From Octopus sinensis (taxonomy: Eukaryota): a stretch of 64,000 nt of DNA. Both the position numbers and the translations under genes were made by a program. The notes under the pieces are model-generated. The model did no database searches and had not been told where the DNA came from. It worked only from the letters and a program-made list of their open reading frames with translations. The stretch is from positions 36,952,001 to 37,016,000 of the forward strand of contig NC_042999.1 in assembly GCF_006345805.1 (NCBI RefSeq), given 5' to 3'. Every line of letters starts with the position of its first letter. Position 1 is the stretch's first letter. Positions 23,456 through 36,530 of the stretch are shown in pieces.

Positions 23456-26056
23456 TACACTGCTTTTAATCAATCATACATTTTCCTGTAACTCTGAGAT
23501 TTGATGATGTAATTGCATATTTTCAGGAGGACATTGTGAGATAGGTGTCTGGATCTGACTGGTTTGAACACAAAACTGGTAGAATATTTGGGCTGCATAT
23601 GGCTAGTTTAAATGCTAAAGGGTTAAATATCCATGGAATTTGTTGAAGCAGATTTTCTACAACTTGATGCTCTCACTGTCACCAACCCTCACCCGTTTCC
23701 CATCAAAGTTATTTCTCATGTCCAGACATTTTTCACAGAAGACTGGAACAAATAATATATTCATTTACAATCATCACATGATGTCAAGAGAATGATACAC
23801 AAACACCCACACCCATATATGATGGGCTTTTTTCAGTTTCTGTCTACCATATCCATTCAAAGACTTTGACCTGGGCTATAGTGGGAAACACTTGCCCGGT
23901 GTGCTGTGCATTGAAAATGTACATATATGTTTGTGATGTATGTATATGTATATATATATCCAAAAAAATATATGTATATCTGTATATGTGTGTATACCCC
24001 CTCCCACGCACATATACACTAACATGTATATAAGCTTAACAAAACCAGTAGTTTGCTCCTGGATTATCAAGTTTTTAGATATTATGAACTGATGTGAAAC
24101 TGCTTAAATTTGTTCCCATTAATTTCCTCTTTACTGAAACCTACCTAACAACTGAACCTACCCAGTAATCACTAAGTGTTAACTCATTCACTGTTGCTTT
24201 TGTGCATAATACTTTAATCTTTACAGCTTTAGAAAGAGATTCTTCTCTCCTAACAATTTTTTATACTGGAAACAAAGAGGCAGGGTAGCTTATTACTAGT
24301 ATGGCCAGTTGTTCACAATTTAAAATCATTGTTTAGCGAGAGCTATTTCAAATTGTGTTGTTATATACTTAATTCAGTCAACTGATTTTCATACTCACAT
24401 TACATGGAGACGCAGTGGCTGAGTGGATAAAAATTAATTTTTCAAATTGAGATTTGTGTAATAATTTTTTTTTTTATTGTGTTAAGGGTGTCAGCATGTG
24501 CGAAGCACTAAATATATCCATTGTGTTTCTATTGAAGTAGAGCAACTAATAAAATGGAAAATGACTGTGTGATACACACAGAGGATGTACAGTGTGTATC
24601 TCTCTTACTTTTAAAATAGTTTTGCCATGTCTCTTCCCTGTGTGTTATAAGAGGTCACTGCCCTTTAAAAACCTATCCAATCTATGCGAGCATGAAAGAG
24701 CAGATGGAAAAATGACAATTATGAATACAGACATAGTAGCTGGTGTTAACTGGAAAGCCTGCTTGTAGTACCTATCAATACCAAATCCTCTAATACAAGA
24801 ATAAATTCTATGGTTAAATGTTTGGCTTTCACATGTAAAGCATCAAAAATAGATTTAACAATTCATGGTAGTATAGTATGCTTAAGGGATTCTATTTGTG
24901 GTTAGTTGATCTGCTGGAAATAGCTATCAAAATTTCCTCAAATTAAACCATTCACATTTTTTTAAAAAAAAAAGGGCCCACTTTATATCAGACATTTGCA
25001 ACCTTTCTCCAGAAGCAGACCACATAAGACATAGCTTGTTATCAGGTGCACTACTCTATTAAAATATTTGAGGTCATTTTTCATTAGGTGCACCATTTAG
25101 AAAGTCCTGTATTCTGCAGTTTACTCATGACTGCTTTATTTGTTATGTCAGGAATACCATTGTTTATATATTTATGCTTGATCAGGACCGATCTTGGGCT
25201 AAACAACTCGATATCAGTTCAGTTACTATTATCTTCAGTTTCTTTTGCTCCCTTAACAATATACTGTTTGTAAATTTATTATCATAGTGATATTATTGAT
25301 ACTATTTGTGTAAAAACTGTACTGAATTTATATTTTATATTTTATAGTGACTATTGGTGAAATCCATAATCAAGAGGACTTGGTGTCACAAAGGTCAGTA
25401 TGAATAGAATATTATTAATTTTAAGCTCTGCTATAAGTTTTAACATTATCATGTTCAAATGGGGAGAAGTGGTTTTTTTCTGTGGCTGTGGGGCGGGAGG
25501 GGGGCGAGATAAGATATGAACGATTTTATACCAAAGTATTGGTTTGGTTTTCGCATTATTGAACAAGAAACTACATCCTGTTATTGGAGTTCTTGTAAAA
25601 AACCATGATGGAATGTACAATTAATGTGTAATGTATGGAAAAATGGTATGAAAAGAAGAAATTGTTTGGTTCAGTTTTAAGAAGTTAGTAGTTAATGAAA
25701 CATCTCTTTGTTGTTGATGTGTAATTAAAAGGGATCAAGAATGTAGGAAGAATATTTTTTATTACTAGAAGACTGCCATCAGGCAGGCTTGAACTTTGTC
25801 CCAGTTCAAATACTTTGTTACCAGTGTGTGTGTGTGTGTGTGCATGTTACTGTTACCTTATATTGACATGATTGTTGTGTCACTGTCATACAATTGGTGT
25901 CCTTTGTTTCCAGTCTTCTATGAAAACATTTCTGGTCATGGAGAATATGGATGCTAAAATGATGATGATGAAATGCAATGATATATACATACATACATAT
26001 ATATGTATATATGTGCAATACACACGTACACAGAAATGTGTGTATGCGTGTGTGTG

Positions 26057-26098
<42 letters not shown>

Positions 26099-26217
26099 CT
26101 AGCTGAGAGAGACCTGATGTTTAGAATCTTAGCACATTGGAATGTTGGTGCTTATTAATTAATTTTGAGCAGTTTGATTAATTTCTAATGGGTTTGATTA
26201 ATTAAAACAGGCAAACT

Positions 26218-26425
26218 CCCCCTGGCATCTGTGCAGGTGGCACGTAAAAAGCACCCACTACACTCACGGAGTGGTTGGCGTTAGGAAGGGCATCCAGCTG
26301 TAGAAGCACTGCCAGATCAGACTGGAGCCTGGTGCAGCCTTCTGGCTTCCCAGACCCCGGTTGAACCGTCCAACCCGTGCTAGCGCGGAAAACGGACGTT
26401 AAACGATGATGATGATGATGATGAT
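26218..26425 (+). mobile_element. RTE family B 3' end, about 400 bp upstream of the TBL1 AUG exon
   Basis: ...CCGTGCTAGCGCGGAAAACGGACGTTAAACGATGATGATG; same subfamily as the copies at 35343 and 47722. Confidence 0.9.
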
Positions 26426-26897
26426 ATATATATGTATATATAACTAATATTAGTGAGGCTGTTTTGTGACTAAAAAGTGTTCTCTTAGTAGTGGATGCCT
26501 TGTATCTGAGGATTTTAACATGGAACAGATTGTTGCACACCAGCGATTGTATCAACAGAAATCATCAGAACTTAAGTCTGGATCTGATAGTGAAATGATT
26601 TGAGGTGGAACTAGTTTGATGCGATACTTCTTCCCAATTGGTTGATGTAATGTGAAGTTTTTGACTTGCAAAACAAATTGCCATCCATAGATTTGAGTAT
26701 AAACTTAGATGAACTTAGTTGATTTAGCTTATAAGTCAAGTAATCCTTTAATACCATAAGCATTCAGTGAGCTCAGTTTTTGTTATTTACATTAATATTT
26801 AGTCTACTTTTTTTAAAATTTTTATTTTCAGGATAAGCTTTTATCGATGATTACCAAATGAAGAAAAGCAAGTCATAATTGCTCTTTGGATACCATA

Positions 26898-26955
26898 ATG
26901 AGCTTTAGCAGTGACGAAGTTAATTTCCTTGTATATAGGTACCTACAAGAATCAG
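26898..26955 (+). CDS. TBL1XR1: TBL1X/TBL1XR1 (ebi) orthologue, coding exon 1 (exon starts at 26832 with 5' UTR); LisH N-terminus
   Basis: [19 protein letters not shown]+G (human TBL1XR1 [20 protein letters not shown]). Acceptor TTTATTTTCAG ends at 26831; donor GTAAG at 26956; 58 coding nt, phase 1. Confidence 0.97.
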
Positions 26956-29390
26956 GTAAGTCTATAATTCACTTTAAAAAAAAAAGTCTAGCAAAATCTT
27001 ATTGTGAAGCATACATGGTACAGGTATGGTTGTATGATTAAGAAATTCACTTCATAACCATATGCTTTTGTGTTCATTCCCTCTGTGTGTCACTTTGGGT
27101 CAGTTTTTTTTTTATAATTCTGGGCCAGCCAATACCCTGTGAATGAATTTGTTAGATGAAAGTGAATGATTTATTAAGCCTTCCTCTCCATTCAACAGAC
27201 TATGTTGGTTTGTTTATGTCTTATAACTTAACAGTTCAGCAATAAAAGACCTTGTCTGAATAAGTACCAGACTTGAAAAAATGGTTTGATTTGTTCTATA
27301 AAACACTTCAATGTTGTACCCTGGCATGACTGCAGTCCCATGTTTGAAACAAATAAAAGAGTATGAGGTGTTTAATTGGATGTCATGATTTATCAAAATG
27401 TTAATGTTCTTGTTCTTTGTTTCTTCCAAATGATTACAATATTTTAAGGCATTAGTCGCCCCCGCCATGTTGATGTGGTCCCAGTTTTATGCATATCATA
27501 TGAAGTATTGAAGACATTTTTTTGTTATTTATAATACCAATAAAAATTCTGTTTGAACACACACACACATGCACTCTCTCTCTCTTAATCATTTGGTTAG
27601 GAGCTCATAATCCTTTGCAAGGCTTCTGGGATTGGTAGCTAGGAGGGAAGAAGATATCCTCAGATTAGTGGGTGATACAAGGACCTAGTCTACCACTCAA
27701 CCTCAACTAGGCCTTCACAGGATTTCAGCTTAGAATGTAAAGAGCCAGAAAAAGATACAATCCATCTTGTCTGGTACTGTTACATTTGTCATTTCACTGC
27801 TTCAGATTGGTCCATTTATTATTATTATTTATTATTTTTCCAAAAGGTGGAAAGCACGATTGACCTTGGCAGGATTTGAATTTAAGGAGTAGTGAGTTAG
27901 AACATCTATTATAATTCATTCTAACTCACATTCAAATGATTACCAAATTGTTGTGTAAATAATGGTTATATATTGTTGGCAACAAAAATTCTGCCAACTT
28001 AATTTAGTTGGGATGATACATTAGGTTGGATATTTTCCTGCCTAAGTTTTCATAAAACTGCATGAATAATAATCTGTCTTGATTGGTGAGTTTTCGTTGG
28101 AAATTGAAGGGAAATTTAGTAACTAACTGCTCCTTATGATGCTTTAAATTATTTTGTTTCACTTGATATTGAAAGATAGTTTGAAAAAAATAATGCTCCA
28201 AATTTTCAGAGGCCTCACATAATTGAAATAAATTCTAGTCGTCTTGGTTATGAAACCAGAATCTAGACCTGCATAGCAGAGCTAGATGGTTAAGATTTCT
28301 TTGCAACTATAAGGTCCCAGGTTTGATCCTACTGACACAGTAGCAAATGGTCATTTTCCCTAGCCTCAGTATGGCCTGTACTTAGTGGGCAAATGTCATA
28401 TTTCATAGCCTCATGTTTGACCCACACTTATTGGGGTTGGTGGAAACTGTATAGAAGCCCATCAAGTGGATTGTACCTGTGTTTCAAAACGGTTCATCCT
28501 TGTTACACACCGTCCTGTTGATTCTGCTTAAGAATTATATAAAGGCTACATGTGTCTGTGGAATGCCCTCACATAAATTAAGGAGCAGGTAATTCAGTTG
28601 ATTGAACAGCTGGATCCTTATTGTTGAATGATGGAGATCCACCAGCCATTTATTATCAGGTATGAACGTTATGAATTTAAATTTGGCTAGCTGCATTAGG
28701 TTTAGTTATAGAAATAAAGAGAGCATTTCAGCCTCACCAAAAGCTGTTTATATTTTATTGTTATTTTCATTTCATACAATGGTGATATACTGATGTACTA
28801 GCTCCTGACCTATACTTACACTTGTCATGCAGGTAAATTATGTTTCTCATGCACTGGATATATAGGAACAAAGTTTCAAGTGAAGATATTTTTTCCATAT
28901 CCAGCTGTGTAAAAAACAATTGAGCTTTTTTTAGATCAAGTTTTTTCTTCTGAAAGTACATGTAAATTGTATTTTAATTATTCACATGACATAGTTTTGG
29001 CTCGTCTGTGACTATTGTTCAAATGAATATCTGTCTTGTTCTACTAGCTTTTTTTTCACACCAAGGCCTTTTTTCTTTCTATTTAGTAAGGATGCGGTGA
29101 CACCATATATATATATATTTAGTTTACTTTATCCCACATAAGATAAAATTGTTTCTGTGACTGACATCATCATCACCTTGTTTTAATGATCACCTTTCCA
29201 TGCCTGTGTAGGTTAGACAGAATTTGTCAAGGCAGATTTTCTATGATTGGTTGTTCTTCCTGTCAGCAATCCTTACCTGTTTTCAAGTAAGGTAATATTT
29301 CCCCTAGTTGTTTGAGCACAAACAACACAGTGGCCAGATATGTTTTCACAGAAGATTGCAAATGGAAGACCCTGCTTGTATGATGATGAT

Positions 29391-30017
29391 GGCCCCCGTG
29401 CCGGTGACACGTAAAAGCACCGTCCGTTCGTGGCCGTTTGCCAGCTCTGTCTGGCAACCGTGTCGGTGGCACGTAAAAGCACCATCCGTTCGCGTCCGTT
29501 GCCAGCCTCGGCTGGCCCCCGTACCGGTGACACGTAAAAGCACCGTCCGTTCGTGGCCGTTTGCCAGCTCTGTCTGGCCCCGTGTCGGTGGCACGTAAAA
29601 GCACCATCCGTTCGTGTTCGTTGTCAGCCTCGGCTGGCCCCCGTGCCGGTGACACGTAAAAGCACCGTCCGTTCGTGGCCGTTTGCCAGCTCTGTCTGGC
29701 CCCGTGTCGGTGGCACGTAAAAGCACCATCCGTTTGTGTCCGTTGCCAGCATCGCCTGGCCCCGTGCCGGTGACACGTAAAAGCACCATCCGTTCGTGGC
29801 TGTTCGCCAGCTCTGTCTGGCACCTGTGCAGGTGGCACGTAAAAAACACCCACTACACTCGCGGAGTGGTTGGCGTTAGGAAGGGCATCCAGCCGTAAAA
29901 ACACTGCCAGATCTGACTGGGCCTGACGAAGCCTTCCAGCTTCACAGACCCCAGTTGACCCGTCCAACCCATGCTAGCATGGAAAGCGGACGCTAAATGA
30001 TGATGATGATGATGATG
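29391..30017 (+). mobile_element. RTE family B 3' end with an expanded internal GC-rich tandem array (about 61-bp units, alternating A/B)
   Basis: CACGTAAAA at 29408, 29470, 29531, 29592, 29653, 29714, 29774 and 29836; ends in a (GAT)n tail. Confidence 0.9.
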
Positions 30018-30689
30018 TCAAGACAAGGAGACCCAAATAGGCATACATACTCATACACATAGAATAGGCTTCTTTCAGGTTCCATCTACCAAATCCACTC
30101 ACACAGCTTTGGTCAACCTGATGTTATAGTACAAATCACTCGTCCAAGATACTACCCAGTGGGACTGAACCCAAAACCATTTAGTTGCAAAACAAATATC
30201 TTAATTACACATCCATGCCCTTGCACTCATCATCTTTATTAATTTTTGTACTTGGATTCTTCAGGTACAAAACTAAAGATTATTGTGTGGAGATTGCTGT
30301 TTCTCTTAGCCGGTTAAATATTTGGGGCTTAGAAAGAGTCTTACAGAATAATCAGTCAATTCATTTATTTTTGCAAAGCAAGATAACATTTCTTGTTTTG
30401 ATTGATTTACTCTTCATGTTTCAATTGTCTAGAAATACCTTGAGCTATAAATATGAGCCCTGTTCCATGAAATTCTGGCAGAGGTTTAATAGTGTGTGTA
30501 TGTGTGTGTGCACATGTACGTGCATGCACATGCCAGTTTTAGCACAAAGAATATTGTCACAGACTATTTTGACAGTTTCTTGATTGGAGCTATTTTTGAT
30601 TTGAGTTTATAATTATGTAGCAAAAATCATTAACCACATTAGAAAAGATGGGGAAAATAGGCAGTCAATAGGTTCAGTAAACATGGGCA

Positions 30690-30990
30690 ATTTGTAAATT
30701 TGGTCTTTGTTAGGAGTGAGGAGTCTAAAGATAGCTTTGGTAGAGTAGTAATGTAATGACTGGTGAAAGTGGAAAAGAAGTGAATAGGTTAAAAGTTGGA
30801 GGTAGGAGGTACACGAGGTGATGACAGTGAGTGAAAGATGTTGAGGGTGAGAATGTATGTTCTGAAAAAAGAGGGCTGATACAGAGACATTGTTGGTGTG
30901 ATAGGTGCAGGGAGGAAGGACTGGCTGTGTGTAATGTGAATTAAATAATTGTTTCCAAGTTGGAGTTTTGGTTGCTTAGAAATGTGCATA
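30690..30990 (-). mobile_element. Old Penelope-like 3' fragment (tentative)
   Basis: One minus frame reads LETII*FTLHTASPSSLH, resembling the PLE endonuclease C-terminus (EQ.LIF.L....P.GLN), followed by a pyrimidine-rich tail like that at 4400-4800. Confidence 0.4.
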
Positions 30991-32215
30991 TACTCTACTT
31001 AGTTACATTATAATATGAATTAGCTAAGTTTCTTTGTAATAGTATCTTTTTTTTTGGCTACTCATATGCTAACATCATCATCATCCTTTAATGTCTGTTT
31101 TCCATGCTGGCATGAGTTGGATGGTTTGACAAGAGCTGGCAAGCTGGAGAGCTGCACCAGGTTCCAGTCTGATTTGGCTTGGTTTCTACAGCTTGATGCC
31201 CTTCCTAATGCCAAACACTTTACAGTGTGTGCTGGATGCATTTAACGTGGCAACAACATTAGTATTTTTTACATGATACCGGCACAGGACTCTCGCAGGC
31301 CAATCCTCATCACCATAGAGAGAGTGGCCCTTTTCATTAATTTCTTATACTCACTCCTACTGTCCTCTACTTCAACTGCCATCTTTTTTTATTATCGTTG
31401 GGTTCTATGATGCTTCTACATTTTATTTTTGTTGTCCATTCTCATAATTAATCTCTTTTAAACTAAGCAGAATGTTGACTTCTGATTAACTATTTTTGAG
31501 TACTTATTTTACATCCAACTATTCATGTTCATTGCTTTTTTCTTCAGTCCTTAGTTATTCACCCTCACAATTCATAACCATGTAGTTTTAGAATGTAACA
31601 CATCTTGCACATATACAACAATCACATTTATGTCCAGAGGGTTAATTCCTGTGTTAGGAAGGGCATCCAGCTATAGAAACCAAGTCAAAACAGACTATAG
31701 AACCTGGTGCAGCCCTTAGCCTTGCCAGTTCCTATCAAGCTGTCTAACACGTCCAGCATGGGAAACGGATGTTAAATGTTAGTGATGATGATTTCTTCAG
31801 AATAATAATTTTGTTATATTGCATCAAGAACTTCTGTTCCTATAAATTATGGTAGAATTGTTGGGGAAGTATTTCAAAGAGAATTTTTTATTGTATCAGC
31901 TATGTCTGATTTTAGTAGTCCAATAGCAATGTAGAATTTGTGAACTTAATAATATTTGTAGACTGATACTTAGCAGCCACTCACCAACACTCTACTACTA
32001 CTACTGACATATTTTACCCTCTTTCTATCACTTCTACTGTTGCTATGATGCTCTTTCTCTCCTCTTGTAAATTAGCAAACTATTTGCAATTAATTCTTTG
32101 GAGCATCCTCCTTGGTCACATTCTTTTTGAAGCATTGGCCTGCAAAAAGTGAAACTGAATATCAGCTACATCAATTTTACCAATTTGGGAAGTCAATAAA
32201 ATGAACATACCTATA

Positions 32216-32308
<93 letters not shown>

Positions 32309-33164
32309 CTTGGTAGACTGAGCCAATTAATTGAATGTTTTTTTCCCCCCTTTACAAATGATAGAAACCTTTGATGTATTGGCTGGTTGGTAATCCAGTA
32401 CACTTATGGATTTGGCCACTGTTCATCTCACACTAATTGTTATAGAATCGACTTGGATGACTTGAAATGCAAACATACTTGTGTCATCATGATTATCTTT
32501 TAGCTTCTATCTATTTATGCACAAGGTTTCTTTAAACCACCAAGATTTTTTTAAATAGCTGTATGTATTTCCTTTAGTACTGTCCATTCATACTGATTAT
32601 CTTATTTCCATTTATTTAGAAACCAAAGCGTTTCTGTTTTGTAGAATATATTGATGACCATTTTATTGGATTATTTTATCAGTATCTTGTCAGATGTGAT
32701 CATGTATCATCCATAGTTGTTTCAGTTCCACATGGAATAATGGGTTATATGCAGTAATGATTATTCTCTTATACTTTCTGTCTGTCTGTTTTCCCCTCTC
32801 TAAAATAGCTAGTTGTTGAATATTTGAGTAGTTAAGAATTATGTTACGAACACAGCTTCATTGTAAGGTTGAAAGGTGCTGGCTAATATAGCTCCGAATT
32901 CTTAACACTCCCTGGAACCCTCTGGCTGCAACTTGTCAAGAATCAAGATCTCTTGTAAGATGGTGCTGAATTGAAACATGTCAATAGCTAGTACAGTTGA
33001 AGGTCATTGCCAGCAGTGTGTGTGTGTGTGTGTAATTTCAATAAATGGGATATCCAGCAGCTTACATTGACCAACACATAATACCTATTGTCTTGCAAAT
33101 TCTCCTTGTCATAGGAATAGTCACTTGAAGGCCAAATATGTGCAATTAAAACTAGCAGATCATC

Positions 33165-33790
33165 TTCACTACCTAAACCATTTTTTACCCAGCTTCTCAA
33201 GAAATAAAAGTTCTAGTAGGCATGTGCTTCCAGTTTCATCAACATTGTGTACTTGCTCTGGTGTGTAGCCTCCTTCAGCAATCATTTTCAACTGCTCAGG
33301 ATAATTAGTAGCAGCCTCGGTATCAGTGCTTGCAGTTTCACCAATCATTTTTATGTTGTGCAAATTTATGTCTTTCTTAAGCATTTCAAACCAGCTATTA
33401 CTAGTCAAAAAAGGATTTTCTTTTAGAAGTTTCACCTTCCTTTTTCTGCAAATTGTCATATAAACTTTTACCTCTTTTTTGAATTATCGATGTTTACCGG
33501 CACATTACGCCGATTTTCATCTTTGATCTATATACTCAAAATTCATTCCATTTTAAGCATTATGTTAGATCTATGGAAAAATAAGGTCTGGACAGATAGC
33601 AGAGTAGCTTCTTGAACACATGACATAATTTTCTCTCTGTTATGTATTGTTCTCACTGTAGATGTTGCAAGATTTAACGATATGTCGTCAGTATAACTTA
33701 GTTTTACCTCAGCATCAAGTATTTTTGAAATGTCAAGTTTAATATCCAGTATAATCCTTTTATGGTTCCTTTTTGCACAACTACCTCCGG
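33165..33790 (-). mobile_element. Tigger/pogo transposase fragment (CENP-B-type HTH plus DDE start)
   Basis: Minus frames read KRIILDIKLDI, LNLATSTVRTI, SNSWFE..KK..NLHNIKMIGETASTDTEAA..YPEQL...EGGYTPEQVHNVDETG. Confidence 0.85.
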
Positions 33791-34290
33791 GTTTACTTGA
33801 TAACTTCCCTCCACATTTTAAATTGGAGGCAAATCCAACAGTGGTGATGATTAATTATTCACAACAAATATGTAGTAAAAAAAAATTGGCTAAGGAAAAG
33901 ATCTGATTTGTCAGGGTGGAAAAATAGTCTTATTCCTATTGATGCAGTAATGAAAATGAGATGAAAAGGTAAATAACTGAGGAAGAAAAAGTACTTATAT
34001 AAGTACGGTTAGCTGAAGGTTTGCCAGATTTTATAGACAATCCACCTCTTGTGCTTCTGATTTAAGACATAAATACACATACTCCCCCCCCCCCCGCATA
34101 CTCATGCACATGTGTTGACATGCATGGTAGTATCTGTTGTAGCTAGCTGGATTCAAAAGTTGGTAGGTTGATATTGGGAGTGATGTGGGTTGCATTGGTT
34201 TAGATGTTAGTGACAATGGACAGGCATTGTTGGTGTTGTGGTGGTTATGTTATTCTTGCTAATTTTATTGTGGCTGTCAATCCTCATAGA

Positions 34291-34470
34291 ATCATCATCA
34301 TCGTTTAACGTCCGTTCTCCATGCTAGCATGGGTTGGACAGTTCGACTGGGGATCTGGGAAGCCAGAAGGCTGCACCAAGCTCCAGTCTTATCTGGCAAT
34401 GTTTCTACAGCTGGATGCCCTTCCTAACGCCAACCACTCCGTGAGTGTAGTGGGTGCTTTTTACGTGCCA
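34291..34470 (-). mobile_element. RTE family B 3' end
   Basis: CATCATCATCGTTTAACGTCCG...TTTTACGTGCCAC. Confidence 0.85.
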
Positions 34471-34872
34471 CATTTCTTTCAACTTTTAAAATACACTAAG
34501 ATACCACGCTTTTTCTTAAAAATGGATTTGCTTATCTATTTCATACTATTGCATACATGCACACGCACATATTTGTATGCATACATGTGTGTAAAGCGAT
34601 GGTAGTTTTTAAAATTGTTAACTATATATATACTTTGATCTTAACTAAAACGTAAGTGGTCAGTAAGCTAAGTAGAAAGTGTAGTTTTAAGTTAACAAAT
34701 TTAAAACTATGCAAAACAAGTTTCCTGTCAGCAAAATTATAGACTGTACTTTCAAAATTAATGGTAATACTTTACAATTTCTGTAAAATCTCATAACCTG
34801 AGATAGCTGTAATGCAGGGGAATGCCTTGTACTTTCGTTATCAAATGTTTCCAGTTGAATACTTTCATTAAA

Positions 34873-34971
34873 GGTGGGTGTTACTGTAGCTTGTAGCCCC
34901 AGGAGAACATCGTCTCCAGGCCAGCTGAAGACGATGTTCTCCTGGGGCTACAAGCTACATTAACACCCACC
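34873..34971. repeat. 47-bp inverted repeat with a 5-nt loop
   Basis: Arms 34873-34919 and 34925-34971, 2 mismatches, loop GCCAG. Confidence 0.92.
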
Positions 34972-35342
34972 CTTAGTAGTTAGCCATATTGAGATGGCAA
35001 ATATACCTCACATTGTCGTGCAGTTACTGTTTATACCTCGTTCAGAGATTTATTATTACTTTCATTAAATTCTTGAGATAGTGTTAGAATAAAATAAGCA
35101 GTTATGAATTTGTTTTTAATGAATTTTATCAAAACTGTATATATAATCATTGCTACCAGTTTGCTGATGTGATGCTAATTCTTTTCTGTTCATAAATTGC
35201 ATTCACCACCCAACTGAAATGTGGATCATTTTTGCAATGCTGTATTTACTTGCATCCATTGGTAGCTGTAAGCTATCCATAGTTAATTTTAAAGCGGCCT
35301 ACTAATTTTTGTTTTAATAGCCATATGAATAATAAGGTCATT

Positions 35343-35627
35343 CATAATCATCATCATCGTTTAACATCCGTTTTCCGCGCTAGCACGGGTTGGACGGTTC
35401 GACCGGGGTCTGGGAAGCCAGGGGCTGCACCAGGCTCCAGTCTGATCTGGCAGAGTTTCTACAGCTGGATGCCCTTCCTAACGCCAACCACTCCGCGAGT
35501 GTAGTGGGTGCTTTTTACGTGCCACCTGCACAGGTGCCAGGGGGGTCCAGCATCAATCACGATCGGTTGGAGCTTTTAATGTGCCACTAGCATGGTAGCC
35601 AGCCAAGGCGGCGCTGGCAACAGGCGG
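35343..35627 (-). mobile_element. RTE family B 3' end (young subfamily)
   Basis: CCGTTTTCCGCGCTAGCACGGG diagnostic, shared with the copies at 26218 and 47722. Confidence 0.9.
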
Positions 35628-36329
35628 TCATGTATATATAAATCTTTCTCTAATTTCTCATAAAGGTGTGACTGTTTTGCATATTTTATTTTAGAATTTT
35701 CTTGAGTATTTCTACTTGTTTCTGCCAGATCCTTACTAAATTTTAGCACAAGAAATGATTAGACCAATATTTGTAATAATAATAATAAGAAACATATCGT
35801 CACAGACTACCTTGTTTTGTAACAAAATCAAATTCTCCATAAGTGGTTGTTTGTTTCTGTATATGATTTCCTGAACCTGTGCTTGCTTACAAATTTTAAT
35901 TTCCACATAGATTGCGTAGTGACATATACTTAAATTGTTTGCTGGTGCATGTGTATGCTTTTGCATGCTCATGTATGCATGTGTGTCAATGCATGCTTTG
36001 AGTTTCAAACTCAGAGCAAGATGTAGCAGATAAGTTACAGGAAGTTTTTGAGTTTTTTGTTTGAGTAAAACACTAATCTTAATGAATCTGAAGACTAATC
36101 CTTCTATTGCTGCTAAAGAATAATCTCCTTTCGCTCACCTGGTAAATCCCTCGTCAGATGGGCTTTTGTAATGATGACATTAACAGAAATCCTCAGCTAT
36201 AGAAAGAAAAAAGCATAGAAAGTAGAAGATATAGAAATATGCAAATAAAAACAAGCTAACAGGTTCTGTTTGTTGAAAACCATTTACAAATCTTTACAAC
36301 CTGTGTCTGTCTGATAAATAATTATCTTG

Positions 36330-36530
36330 ATCAATGGATGAGGATGGTATTCTTGAATCATTAGCAGAGCTGTTTCATTCCCTGCTCAATCAAAGCACTT
36401 CTATTGATCTTTTACTAATGGAAGATCTACCAACCTCAATGAAATCCAAACAGTTCACTACTTGAAGAACTGATAATCCTTGACATTGATTGTATTGCCC
36501 ATGCCTCTTTACAAAGCTCCTGAGACAGGA
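36330..36530 (+). mobile_element. Old RTE LINE internal fragment (tentative)
   Basis: DGILESLAELFHSLLNQSTSID resembles the RTE EN-RT linker ILERWAEHF..LLN; a downstream KAPE remnant resembles KAPG. Confidence 0.4.

Noticed and set aside
29263-29967. 234-aa and 167-aa ORFs, and a CRISPR-like appearance of the 61-bp array
   Set aside because: The units are contiguous tandem repeats without unique spacers, the context is eukaryotic and no cas genes are present. The ORFs are a by-product of the GC-rich array.
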